From assembly GCA_021847435.1 (NCBI GenBank), contig JAJZRC010000002.1, positions 1-56,026 on the forward strand: a DNA stretch of 56,026 nucleotides. Direction: 5' to 3'. Under the pieces are notes generated by a model, which made no database searches, was not told where the DNA came from, and saw only the letters and a program-made list of their open reading frames with translations. The position numbers and the translations under genes are program-made. Positions 42,535 to 53,621 of the stretch are shown one piece after another (the stretch's first letter is position 1; each line of letters opens with the position of its first letter). Source of the DNA: a bacterium. GTDB lineage: Bacteria > Patescibacteriota > Doudnabacteria > UBA920.

Positions 42535-42996
42535 TTATTCAATGCTAATAATTTCGTAATCCATTTCGCCTGCCGGCGTGCTGACTTTGAATTTGTCACC
42601 AGCTTTTTTGCCTAAAACCGCTTTGCCTACTAAAGATTCGTTGGAAATTTTGCCTTCTTTCGGATTGGCCTCGTTGCTGCCTACGATAGTGTATTTTCTT
42701 TCCTGGCCGGAGACTTTAAGCAGCGCTGTCGATCCGATGGTAACTGTATTGCGGTGCCCGGTGTTGGTGATAATCTCGGCGTTTTTGATTATGTCTTCAA
42801 TCTCCTGGATGCGGCCCTCAATGAAGCTTTGCTCTTCCCGAGCCTGGGCGTAGTCGGCGTTTTCGCTAAGGTCGCCGTGAGCGGCGGCTTCGCGAATGCG
42901 TTCAATTACTTCCTTGCGCTTGTCGTTCACCAGCACCTTAAGTTCATCCTGCAATTTTTGCAAACCTTCGGGCGTAAGTAAATATTTTTTGGACAT
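42535..42996 (-). CDS. greA: transcription elongation factor GreA
   Basis: 153 aa. Coiled-coil N-domain with the acidic tip GDLSENADY, plus a C-terminal FKBP-like domain. Confidence 0.9.
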   Translation of the reverse strand: MSKKYLLTPEGLQKLQDELKVLVNDKRKEVIERIREAAAHGDLSENADYAQAREEQSFIEGRIQEIEDIIKNAEIITNTGHRNTVTIGSTALLKVSGQERKYTIVGSNEANPKEGKISNESLVGKAVLGKKAGDKFKVSTPAGEMDYEIISIE

Positions 42997-43016
42997 AGGT
43001 TTTTGTCATTCCGAAC

Positions 43017-43102
43017 ATTGAGGAGTCTCTTATCGTTTGATAAATATCAGGCGTTAAGGGATTCCTCGTCCGCCTCTGGCGGACTCGGAATGGCAGATTA
43101 TT
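43017..43102 (-). promoter_or_regulatory. structured 5' leader of greA (multi-helix element)
   Basis: P1 is 43017..43024 with 43095..43102. P2 is 43030..43037 with 43070..43077. Hairpins at 43048..43059 and 43079..43093 (TCCGCC-TCT-GGCGGA). The 3' strand of P1 ends 20 nt from the AUG. Confidence 0.35.
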
Positions 43103-43217
43103 TATAAATATATTCCCGCGGAAGCGGGAGTATCTTTTGGCTGGATATATGTTACTGGAAATCGGTCCTTATGTCAATTATTTTTTGTTTTATAAAAATG
43201 CCGCGCGCCCCCACGGT

Positions 43218-43463
43218 TTATAAAACCCAATAATTCACCAGTCCGGCTATTATGGTAACCACTATAAAAATAGTGGTAATAAAGATGCCGATTTGATTCG
43301 CTTCCTTCCAGGCTTTATAGGAACTATAAAGCCAAAAGATTTGTGAAATTAAGGCTGCAATCAGCCCATACTGCGGGAGTTTGAGCGATGTTAAGGCGAA
43401 GCCAAGTACTGTAAAAACTGTCAGGCAAATTTGGGCAAAGGAATTAAAAGTAAATTTGGACAT
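43218..43463 (-). CDS. small 3-TM membrane protein (81 aa); a PQ motif after TM1 hints at a PQ-loop/SemiSWEET-like fold
   Basis: Hydrophobicity pattern and LKLPQYG. The family assignment is weak. Confidence 0.45.
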   Translation of the reverse strand: MSKFTFNSFAQICLTVFTVLGFALTSLKLPQYGLIAALISQIFWLYSSYKAWKEANQIGIFITTIFIVVTIIAGLVNYWVL

Positions 43464-43533
43464 TTTGGTGTTTGAAGCGTGTACGGCTGAATATCTGAAT
43501 TTTTAGCCTTACGACCTCGCTCAGGGTCAAAAA

Positions 43534-45627
<2,094 letters not shown>

Positions 45628-45632
45628 TTAGT

Positions 45633-45878
45633 TTATGATTCCCTGACAATTTTTAAGAATTTGGCAGTTTCTTCTTTGGGCAGGTTTGCGGCGGTTATTT
45701 TCTCAATCAAAATGTTTGCATAGCGATCAGGGTCAGCGCTGCGCAGCTCCTGGATTAAAACAAAAAGCCCGTGCCCCGAAGAACTGCCGGGGTTATGCAA
45801 GAGCGTGTCCGCCAATTCGTAAAAGTTTTCGGGTGTTTGCTGGTTTTTTTCTGAAAAATTAGTCATTTTTTTGCTCAA
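45633..45878 (-). CDS. hypothetical protein (81 aa)
   Basis: ORF track entry, 20 nt upstream of gyrB. No motif recognised. Confidence 0.45.
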   Translation of the reverse strand: MSKKMTNFSEKNQQTPENFYELADTLLHNPGSSSGHGLFVLIQELRSADPDRYANILIEKITAANLPKEETAKFLKIVRES

Positions 45879-45981
45879 TGTTTATACCGTATTTTAGCAT
45901 TTTTTTTAAAAAAAACCAAGCCCGGAATTTAAGAAAATCCCTCTTGTTTAAAAGGAATTTTGTTAAATAAAGTTATCAACA

Positions 45982-46019
45982 ACAAGGGTCATCCTTGCGG
46001 TTGCAAGGATGACCCTTGT
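45982..46019 (-). terminator. 17 bp perfect hairpin immediately after the pheS stop
   Basis: ACAAGGGTCATCCTTGC-GGTT-GCAAGGATGACCCTTGT. Followed on the minus strand by TGTTGATAACTTTATTT. Confidence 0.6.
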
Positions 46020-46020
46020 A

Positions 46021-47163
46021 CTATCTTAATTCAGCGTTGTAGATTTCTTTGGTTTGTTGGTAGAGCTTATCTTGCAGCGGTTCAACTTCTTCGTTTTTCA
46101 AAGTTTTTTCCGGACTGCGGTAAACTACTCGGTAGGTATAGCTTGTTCTGTCCGGTCCGAATTTCTCGGCATTTTCGTATTTGTCTAAAAGCTCCACTTG
46201 CTCAACCAAATCCCCCCCGATTTCCCGGATCAGGTCAAAATAGTTATTTGGCACAAAACTTTTATCAACTATGAAAGATATATCCCTGGTGATTGGCGGG
46301 TATTTGGATACCTCCACGAATTTTTGTCCAAGGTGAAGCTGCTTTGTAACGCGAGGGTCCCTGCTCCACAGCAGGCGGATATCGGGCAGGTCCATGCTCA
46401 AAATCGCCAAGCGTTCCAGTCCGAATCCAAAAGCCCAGCCCGTCCAGCGAGAACTGTCAATGCCGAACTTTTCCAATACGCTTCCTTTGACAACACCGCA
46501 GCCGTTTCCTTCTACCCAATTGCCCCACATTTCTATTTCCATCTCTAGGCTGGGGTCGGTGTACGGGAAAGTATCTTTATTGAACCGATATTTAACACCC
46601 TGGCCAAATATGGCCTTAGCAATGTCTGATAGCACCTTTTTTAAATCCTCTTCGCCGATAACTTGCCTTTCTTTTGGTGCCAAATACCAGCCGTCAATTT
46701 GGTGAAAAACATTCATGTGGCGGCGGTCGATTTCGTCTTTCCTATAGACTTTGCCGAAGCTAAAAGCTCCCACTGGTTCCCCCGCAGCCATTCTTTGTTT
46801 TACATTTTCATTTTGCATGTGATAATACCACATGACAGTGGTGTGAGTGCGCAAAATATTTTTTTTGTCCACATAGTATGTGTCAGAGTTGGAGCGTGCA
46901 GGATGGTCCGCCGGGAAATCAAATAAATCAAAGCTGATGTCAGCCGGGACGATTTCCGGAGTTTGAATGACATCTAAGTTTTTAAAGCCAGGGATTGCTA
47001 GTATTCTTTGAACCATGTCATAAATCGGGCTGCCTTTGGTGCGCGAAAGATCCGGCATGCTTAAATATCGCTTGATGCGCAAAGCTTCAAAGTCCGTGCG
47101 TCTTTCCAGCTCCTTCTTGAGACGTTTCTCTTCCGCGGTGTCTATGGTTATGTTTTCCGACAT
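46021..47163 (-). CDS. pheS: phenylalanyl-tRNA synthetase alpha subunit
   Basis: 380 aa. Class II motifs (HPARS, FRKDEIDRRH, GWAFGFGLERL). Confidence 0.95.
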   Translation of the reverse strand: MSENITIDTAEEKRLKKELERRTDFEALRIKRYLSMPDLSRTKGSPIYDMVQRILAIPGFKNLDVIQTPEIVPADISFDLFDFPADHPARSNSDTYYVDKKNILRTHTTVMWYYHMQNENVKQRMAAGEPVGAFSFGKVYRKDEIDRRHMNVFHQIDGWYLAPKERQVIGEEDLKKVLSDIAKAIFGQGVKYRFNKDTFPYTDPSLEMEIEMWGNWVEGNGCGVVKGSVLEKFGIDSSRWTGWAFGFGLERLAILSMDLPDIRLLWSRDPRVTKQLHLGQKFVEVSKYPPITRDISFIVDKSFVPNNYFDLIREIGGDLVEQVELLDKYENAEKFGPDRTSYTYRVVYRSPEKTLKNEEVEPLQDKLYQQTKEIYNAELR

Positions 47164-47245
47164 AGGTTAAGGGTTAAGTTTTTGAATTTAGATGTAAAAA
47201 TTGGCCGCAATTTTACTTAATTATGGCCAATTTTGGACATTTTTG

Positions 47246-47689
47246 TCAATCCTGCATCATTTCGGGCACAAATGGACTGCCGGGCCGGGCGTTGTCTTTT
47301 AAAAGCAAAATCCCCTGCCCCGGCTCTTTGGCCAAGCCAAGCTCAAAAGCCGCACAGATCATGCCTTCGCTTTCAACTCCCCGGATTTTGGCCTTGCCGA
47401 GGGTAAAAGGTTCGTGTTTTTCGCTGTGAATGTTTTGGGCGATGGTCGCGCCCGGCAGGGCTAGGGCAACTATGGCGCCGGCCTCAAAATTAAAAGCGCC
47501 GCAAACTACCGGGTCAACGATTTTGTTTCCAATATCGCATTTTACCACCCTCAGGCGGTCAGCGTTGGGATGCTTTCGAACCTCTAAAACCTTGGCGGCA
47601 ACTATCAATGGCTGCGGAGCATAATCAGGTTTTGGCCGGAAGGAAAATAAATTTTTGAATAAAGAAGGAAAATTCATAAATAATGGCAA
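47246..47689 (-). CDS. stand-alone tRNA-binding (OB, PheT-B2/CsaA-like) domain protein
   Basis: Has HPNADRLRV, VCGAFNF and IRGVESEGMICAAFELGL...GILLL, the PheT N-terminal tRNA-binding pattern. Only 147 aa. Confidence 0.7.
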   Translation of the reverse strand: MPLFMNFPSLFKNLFSFRPKPDYAPQPLIVAAKVLEVRKHPNADRLRVVKCDIGNKIVDPVVCGAFNFEAGAIVALALPGATIAQNIHSEKHEPFTLGKAKIRGVESEGMICAAFELGLAKEPGQGILLLKDNARPGSPFVPEMMQD

Positions 47690-47799
47690 AAATTAAGTCG
47701 CATATTTCAAATCAAGGTTCGTCGCGGCAAGCTGGCGAGGCATTACCGCAAGAGACATCTGTCATTTCGGAGCAGAGCTCCGAGGTATTGAACCTGTAT

Positions 47800-47831
47800 T
47801 TCCGCCAGAGGCGGATCCGCCTCTGGCGGAA
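47800..47831. repeat. 32 nt palindrome TTCCGCCAGAGGCGGA|TCCGCCTCTGGCGGAA
   Basis: Second copy of the 991..1024 palindrome, with two compensating substitutions that keep it perfect. Confidence 0.85.
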
Positions 47832-47894
47832 GCTCTACTTCGCTAATAAAACCCCAATTCCTTAAGTCCCAAATTTGATGTTTGAAATTGGAAA

Positions 47895-49397
47895 TTAATA
47901 GGCGCGGCATTCTTCCTGATTGCACAGGTAACCGCTTGTGCCTACAGGCGGGTTATCCAGCAGGGCTTTCAAAGTAAATGTACTGAAAGTCGGAGAGGCC
48001 TGATATAAATAATCCTCGTTGGTTTTTGGGTCTTTGGGGATTGCGGAAATTAATTCCGGTACCAGAGATGTTTTATATTTATCCGCGCTGGGGAAAACGT
48101 AGTCCTGGTTGCCCGCAATGTTCTTATTGGAATAAAGCAGCAGGGCGGTTCGGAGGTTTTCCAGGTCGTTTTTCCGCTGGTTATCGTAAATATCCGCCTG
48201 TTCAGTTTGGGCGTCTTTTTGCGCATCAGAAGCGTGTTTTTTGATTACCTGGTTGCCCACTTCTATGAAAAAAGAAAGCGTGAAATCAGAGCCGCCTGAA
48301 TCAGAGGTATAATTGTATATAAACGGGTCCTTATTGATTGGGTCGGCAGGGTTAGTGGCAACTCTTAAATAAGGTCTTATTTCGGAAAACATATCCGTGA
48401 AGCTGCTTGCTTTTGGATAAAAGTTGTTGTCTGAGTAATATTTGACCAAAGCGGATTCTATGTTTTTTATAGTGCTTGACCGCTGTGCGTCGCGGTCCTG
48501 CTTGGCCTCAACTGACATATCCACGCCTTCCAATCCCGAAATTGTGCTGCTGGCCGTGTCTTGCGCGGGAGCTGCCGCGGATCCGGCAGAATCGGGAGTA
48601 AAATCGTATAAATTCAACAGCGAATCGCCTAAGGTTGTAAGCGTCGGTTGATGCAGCCCTTTTTCTTTCATCAGCGCTGAAAGAGCGTTAATTTGCATCC
48701 GGGTCATTTTATTGTTGCTTGCGATATCATACCCGTCTCGGATAAAGTCGGCGTCTGTGTATTTTTCGTTTTTTGCAGTATGGTTATTTGCGGGTTCGCT
48801 TGAAAAAACCGCCGCTTCATCGCCGTCAGCAAGTCCGTCCTGGTCCGAGTCCGGGTTATTCGGGTCCGTGTTCAATTTAAACTCCTGTTCGTTGGCCAGT
48901 CCGTCGCGGTCAGGGTCAGCCTGGTCGCCGCAGAGGGATTTGTCGGCACAGCCGGCAAAATATTTTTCGCGCCATTCCTTAGGGGTGGCAAAATTTTCCA
49001 ATGGCGGCTGGTTAGCGGCGGGCGGAGTGTTTTGCGAACGGTCAGCCAATATGCTGCCCTGCTTATATGCGTTTTTACCCAAAAAGTAATAGCTCAAATA
49101 GCCGATTATCCCTAAAGCACAAAAAACGGCTGCCAAGATTATGGCCATTTTCTTTTTTTTAGACATAGGGATTTTGGCTTGTAAAGCGGCTGGCTCTTGC
49201 GAAATTTTGATTTTTGGCTGCACAATGTTACCCTGGTTGAAGTTTGACGGCATAACATTAAAGAAGAGCAGCTCTTTATGGTGAGCCGCCTGGTTTGTGT
49301 TTGCCGGTTGGGCTGCTTCGTCTGCTGGTTTTTTCCCCCCTTGTTCTGTCGTAAGGGGTTTGCCCCCGCTGCTTAAATTTTTGTTTTCCTCTGCCAT
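47895..49397 (-). CDS. membrane-anchored surface protein with thrombospondin-type-3-like Asp repeats and two pilin-like globular domains
   Basis: 500 aa. Has a TM at about residue 85, DPDRDGL..NTDPNNPDSDQDGLADGDE, and two modules with the pattern R..D...L..AL..Y...N..YP. Confidence 0.6.
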   Translation of the reverse strand: MAEENKNLSSGGKPLTTEQGGKKPADEAAQPANTNQAAHHKELLFFNVMPSNFNQGNIVQPKIKISQEPAALQAKIPMSKKKKMAIILAAVFCALGIIGYLSYYFLGKNAYKQGSILADRSQNTPPAANQPPLENFATPKEWREKYFAGCADKSLCGDQADPDRDGLANEQEFKLNTDPNNPDSDQDGLADGDEAAVFSSEPANNHTAKNEKYTDADFIRDGYDIASNNKMTRMQINALSALMKEKGLHQPTLTTLGDSLLNLYDFTPDSAGSAAAPAQDTASSTISGLEGVDMSVEAKQDRDAQRSSTIKNIESALVKYYSDNNFYPKASSFTDMFSEIRPYLRVATNPADPINKDPFIYNYTSDSGGSDFTLSFFIEVGNQVIKKHASDAQKDAQTEQADIYDNQRKNDLENLRTALLLYSNKNIAGNQDYVFPSADKYKTSLVPELISAIPKDPKTNEDYLYQASPTFSTFTLKALLDNPPVGTSGYLCNQEECRAY

Positions 49398-49406
49398 TTT
49401 TGCATG

Positions 49407-49781
49407 TTAAATTTTTAAACTTACTAAAGCTTCTAAAGCCGCAAAAAAAAGAATCAAGGTTAATTCCAGCCACCAGAACATCAAGTCTTTTGAAAGCAGT
49501 ATCAAGCTTGCTGCGGTCAATATTGCTAAAAATAAGCCTTGCCTAAAACTTGTGCGCAAATTCAACATATAGTGCCCCGGCATAAATTTTTGCCTTAAAA
49601 CCAATCCGATTAAGGTTGTCATGCCCAGGGTTACAAGCGCCAAACTTAAATAAAATAACTCAAAAGTACTCAATCGGGCATTGTTAGGATCACTAAAGTT
49701 GATTATGCTAGCGAGCGAAAAACCGGCCAGAATAGTTGCGACGGAAATTATTATAAGGTGCTGCTTTGGGATTGCGATCAT
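49407..49781 (-). CDS. small polytopic membrane protein (124 aa)
   Basis: Four hydrophobic segments. 9 nt gap to the next gene. Confidence 0.55.
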   Translation of the reverse strand: MIAIPKQHLIIISVATILAGFSLASIINFSDPNNARLSTFELFYLSLALVTLGMTTLIGLVLRQKFMPGHYMLNLRTSFRQGLFLAILTAASLILLSKDLMFWWLELTLILFFAALEALVSLKI

Positions 49782-49799
49782 AATTATACCATAAAAATT

Positions 49800-52751
49800 T
49801 TAAAATTCCAAAAATTTGTAAAAGCATTCATGCTGCCCAGTCTCTCGATGCGCCTCGTTGAACAAATCAAATTTGGCAGTATAAACGATTTTTTCAATTA
49901 TCTCCAATAATTTTGCTTTAAGTTCCTGAATGTCTTGTTTGTCCGCGACCTGCTCCATTAAAAACTTGTTTGCGGGCAAGTACCAGTATGACATTTTCTT
50001 TACCTCCTCATGGAGGTATTCCTCCGCCGCCCATTGGTATATATAAAGCTGATCCAGGTCTCCCTTGGCATTTTTTTCCGGAGTTTTGTCGCTGGTTTTA
50101 TAGTCTAAAATTTCTATGCCTCCATTGGGTGACTCGTCGGCCCGGTCTATTTTACCGGTGAATTTATAATCGCCAATGGGCAAGAAAAAAGATTGTTCAA
50201 GATACTTCGGTTTTGGCGGGTTTTTTAATGTGTATTCGTAAAAAGTTTTAAGGAGATTAAAACCTTTTTTTTGGTATTCAGCTTTTTGCTTTTTGTCCCG
50301 ATACCATTCGTCTATCCAATTGCGCCGGTAAAGCTCTTCAAGAACAGATAAATCCCCCAGCTCTGCCTGGGCAAGGTTTTTTGCAAATAAATCCCCCTGG
50401 TTATGATTTTGGCGTGTTCGCAAATCTTTCAGGTACAGCTCAAAGACCTTATGGATTGTCTGTCCAAAACTAAAATAAGCGCTTCCCGGAGACGGCAGTT
50501 TTAAGTAGTATTTGTACTTATATTCCAGCGGGCATTTTTCAAAAGCCTTAATTGCCGAGTAGGAAAATTTATCCGGAAGAATTTTGAATTCCTCGGATTT
50601 TTTCACTGGCGCGTTGAAAAAGACTTTGCCGGTTGCCTGGCTTGTGACTTTACCCGGCACCAGCTTGGTTTCCTGGAGGAAAACCGAGGGCTTCTTTGTC
50701 TTGGCTCCTCCGTAATCCTTGCCCCAGCTGAAACAGAGCCGGCTTTTGGCCCTGGTTATCGCCACATAAAATAACCGCCGTTCCTCCTGCAGATGGAAAT
50801 CGCCTTCCGGCAAGATGTCTTTTACAAGCTCGCGGGGTATTTCTATTTGGTCCCCCCTGCTGCGAGTCGGGAACCGCTGGTCGACCATGCCGGGCAGGAA
50901 CACATATTCAAACTCCAAGCCTTTGGCCGAATGGACGGTGAGGATTTTTAAACTTTCAGGGCCCAAGTTCGGGTCGAATTTTATTTGCCCCCGGTCGCCC
51001 GCTTCCATTTCCAAATTCAGCAGGTGGAGAAAAAAATGCAGGCTTTTGTCGGAATTTTCCTGCACAAAGGTCTCTATTTTCTTATAAAATTGTTCTAACA
51101 GCTCCCGGTTTTCCACGTTCTCAAGCGTGTCGGCCTCAAGCTGTTTTTCAATTTTGAGGTCTTGTATAATTTCCACGAATACTTCGTTGGCCGATTTTTC
51201 CTGAGCCAGCTTGGAGTGGCGCTGCAGCGCGTTTAAAACTTTGTTGATGGTTGAAAGGTTTGACTGGCCTATTTCAGGGAGGCTGCCGGAAAGCTGCAGC
51301 GCCTCGTATAATGAGAGCGTTTTTTTTGCCGAATTAGTCAAAAGCAGGGCCAATGCTTGCGCCGGAAGGCGGAACTCGGAAAAATTTAATACGCGGTACA
51401 GCGCGAACGAATCGTGAAAATTGTCTAAAACCGAAAAATATGAAATTAGATCCGCAATCAGCGGCTTGGAATACAGGCCCGTGTTCGCCACAAAGGTATG
51501 AGGGATGGAATACTGGCTTAAAATCGGGAGCAGTTCCCCTGCCGTATTATTGCTCCGCAGCAAAATAGCAAAGTCGTTCCATGTCTTTTCGGGATTTTCA
51601 CGCTTTATTTCCAGAATTTTTTTTGCAAGCATGTTGAGTTCTTCATTCAAATCCTTCCCCTCGAGCACGCTGATAACCGAATTGCCGGATTTCTGCGCCC
51701 TGAGCTGTTTGTCAATTTGCAGTTTTATCTCCAGCCGCTCCGGATTGTTTGCCTGAATGAAGTTGTAAGCCAGGTCCAGTATTTCCTGTTCGCTGCGGTA
51801 GTTTTCAACAAGCGTGATCTGCCTGGCTTTGGGAAAATCATTCTGGAATTTTAAAATATTGGAAACGGAGGCTCCGCGGAATTTATAGATAGACTGGTCG
51901 TCATCTCCCACTACTGTAAGATCGGTTTCGGGACCGGCCAGCATTTTGACCAGCTGGTACTGGGCGTAGTTGGTATCCTGAAACTCGTCAACCATTATGT
52001 ATTTGAATTTTTGCCGGTAAAAATCCAAAATCATGGGCCTTTTGTTAAAAAGCAGCAAGGTATAGTTAATAAGATCCGCAAAATCAAGAAGCGAATTTTC
52101 CAAAAGGAGTTTTTGGTATGTATGAAAAGCGCTTGCTATTTCTTCAATCCGTGAAATCTCCGCTTCTCCGGCCCCGGAATCAGTGTCGGCCGCTGCCTTG
52201 TTTTTTCTTTTTGTTTTTGCCGGCTGGTCGGTTTTCAGCCTTAAATTTTGGGCGTATGCCAAATACTCTTCCGGGGAAATTAATTCGTCCTTGCAGCGGG
52301 AGAAATGCTTGAGCATGGCGCTGATGAATTTCTTGGGGTTTCCCAAGGGACGATAGTACTCCAGGTTGAATTGGTCCAGGTTGCTATGGACCATCATCCA
52401 GGATTTGGTTTCGTCGGACAGCTTAAAATCCCCGGGGAGGCCTATATCCAGTCCGTGCTGCTGCAAAATTCTTTCGCAGAAACTGTGGAATGTCGATATC
52501 CACATGTCGTGGTATCCAAGAGGCAGGAGCAGGTCGGCCCGTTCCTGCATTTCACCCGCAGCCTTGTCCGTGAAAGTCAAAGCCAGAATTTCATCCGGTC
52601 TGGCGATTTTTTCGCCAATCAAATAAGCGATTTTTTTGGTAATTACCGTTGTTTTGCCGGTTCCTGCCCCGGCAACTATTAAAAGCGGACCGTTTGAGTA
52701 GGTTACGGCTTCAAGCTGCTCTTTATTCAGATTTTTCAGCAAATCCGGCAT
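49800..52751 (-). CDS. UvrD/PcrA-type SF1 helicase fused to a C-terminal RecB-family PD-(D/E)XK nuclease
   Basis: 983 aa. Has AGAGTGKTT, DEFQDTN, VGDDDQSIY and TVHSAKGLEF. The C-terminal part has GKIDRAD...ILDYKT and QLYIYQW (QxxxY). Confidence 0.85.
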   Translation of the reverse strand: MPDLLKNLNKEQLEAVTYSNGPLLIVAGAGTGKTTVITKKIAYLIGEKIARPDEILALTFTDKAAGEMQERADLLLPLGYHDMWISTFHSFCERILQQHGLDIGLPGDFKLSDETKSWMMVHSNLDQFNLEYYRPLGNPKKFISAMLKHFSRCKDELISPEEYLAYAQNLRLKTDQPAKTKRKNKAAADTDSGAGEAEISRIEEIASAFHTYQKLLLENSLLDFADLINYTLLLFNKRPMILDFYRQKFKYIMVDEFQDTNYAQYQLVKMLAGPETDLTVVGDDDQSIYKFRGASVSNILKFQNDFPKARQITLVENYRSEQEILDLAYNFIQANNPERLEIKLQIDKQLRAQKSGNSVISVLEGKDLNEELNMLAKKILEIKRENPEKTWNDFAILLRSNNTAGELLPILSQYSIPHTFVANTGLYSKPLIADLISYFSVLDNFHDSFALYRVLNFSEFRLPAQALALLLTNSAKKTLSLYEALQLSGSLPEIGQSNLSTINKVLNALQRHSKLAQEKSANEVFVEIIQDLKIEKQLEADTLENVENRELLEQFYKKIETFVQENSDKSLHFFLHLLNLEMEAGDRGQIKFDPNLGPESLKILTVHSAKGLEFEYVFLPGMVDQRFPTRSRGDQIEIPRELVKDILPEGDFHLQEERRLFYVAITRAKSRLCFSWGKDYGGAKTKKPSVFLQETKLVPGKVTSQATGKVFFNAPVKKSEEFKILPDKFSYSAIKAFEKCPLEYKYKYYLKLPSPGSAYFSFGQTIHKVFELYLKDLRTRQNHNQGDLFAKNLAQAELGDLSVLEELYRRNWIDEWYRDKKQKAEYQKKGFNLLKTFYEYTLKNPPKPKYLEQSFFLPIGDYKFTGKIDRADESPNGGIEILDYKTSDKTPEKNAKGDLDQLYIYQWAAEEYLHEEVKKMSYWYLPANKFLMEQVADKQDIQELKAKLLEIIEKIVYTAKFDLFNEAHRETGQHECFYKFLEF

Positions 52752-52770
52752 GGATTATGCAAAAATAGGG

Positions 52771-53211
52771 TTAACTTTTTAGAAAATTGGCCCACTGCTT
52801 CCATAAATCCATACCCTCGTCTTTGAATTCAGACCAGAACTGCGACGGGTTTATTATCCGAACCGGCCCGAATTTTTGCAGGACCAAGAGATCGTTGTCG
52901 CTGGTAACCAGGAAGTCTGCTTTTGCTTCCACCGCGCTTTCCAAAATTTTGTTGTCCTGGGGGTCCCTTACCGCGCGTATCAGCCGTTTGTTTTCCACCC
53001 AATTGATTTTTTCAAAAAGCTGCTTGAGTTCTTTTTGGTAGGCGTCGTTATCAATTAACTGCGATGACAGAAGGCGGTTTTCGTTTATGGTTTGGCGGTT
53101 GGCAAAGGCGGTGATTTCGCCGTTTCTTACCGCGTCTATGATCCTTTTTTCAAAAGAATATTCATCCTTAAAGCCGTTAATTAAAACATTGGTGTCAATG
53201 ACGATTTTCAT
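52771..53211 (-). CDS. PIN-domain protein (PIN_3-like putative ribonuclease/toxin)
   Basis: 146 aa. Has MKIVIDTNVLI and LVTSDNDLL acidic motifs. Confidence 0.75.
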   Translation of the reverse strand: MKIVIDTNVLINGFKDEYSFEKRIIDAVRNGEITAFANRQTINENRLLSSQLIDNDAYQKELKQLFEKINWVENKRLIRAVRDPQDNKILESAVEAKADFLVTSDNDLLVLQKFGPVRIINPSQFWSEFKDEGMDLWKQWANFLKS

Positions 53212-53621
53212 GAATTGGATTTTGCGGCCCCGGATTCCGGCACAGCAGAAAACAAATAATGGCTCCTGTTTCTCGTGTCGGGCCTTTGGGGATCGGGTAA
53301 TTTTAAAATTCTATTTTGGAACGAGGCGGTATTTAAAAATGACTGTAAAATATTTTTGTCCTTAAAAAGCTCGGAGCCTGAAACTGCATTCCAGATTTCG
53401 CCCAAACCAACCGGCTTGCCCGCGTCTTTGAGCGTTTTAAGCACGGCGTCCAGCCGCTTGTTGAAAGTCTCGTGTTTCTCCCGGCCGCTGCCATGTTCCG
53501 CATCTTCGCCCCGGGAATTCGCGTACGTTTCTGCTCTGCTGAAATAGGCCTCCGGGCTTTCTTTCGGATTCATATCCGGCTGGCGGGGCGAGCCAAGCCC
53601 GAAACGCATGACTTTAGCCAT
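53208..53621 (-). CDS. hypothetical protein (137 aa), possible winged-helix partner/antitoxin of the PIN protein
   Basis: 4 nt ATGA overlap with the PIN gene, and 0 nt gap after the NYN gene. The middle segment FNKRLDAVLKTLKDAGKPVGLGEIWNAVS looks wHTH-like. Confidence 0.5.
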   Translation of the reverse strand: MAKVMRFGLGSPRQPDMNPKESPEAYFSRAETYANSRGEDAEHGSGREKHETFNKRLDAVLKTLKDAGKPVGLGEIWNAVSGSELFKDKNILQSFLNTASFQNRILKLPDPQRPDTRNRSHYLFSAVPESGAAKSNS

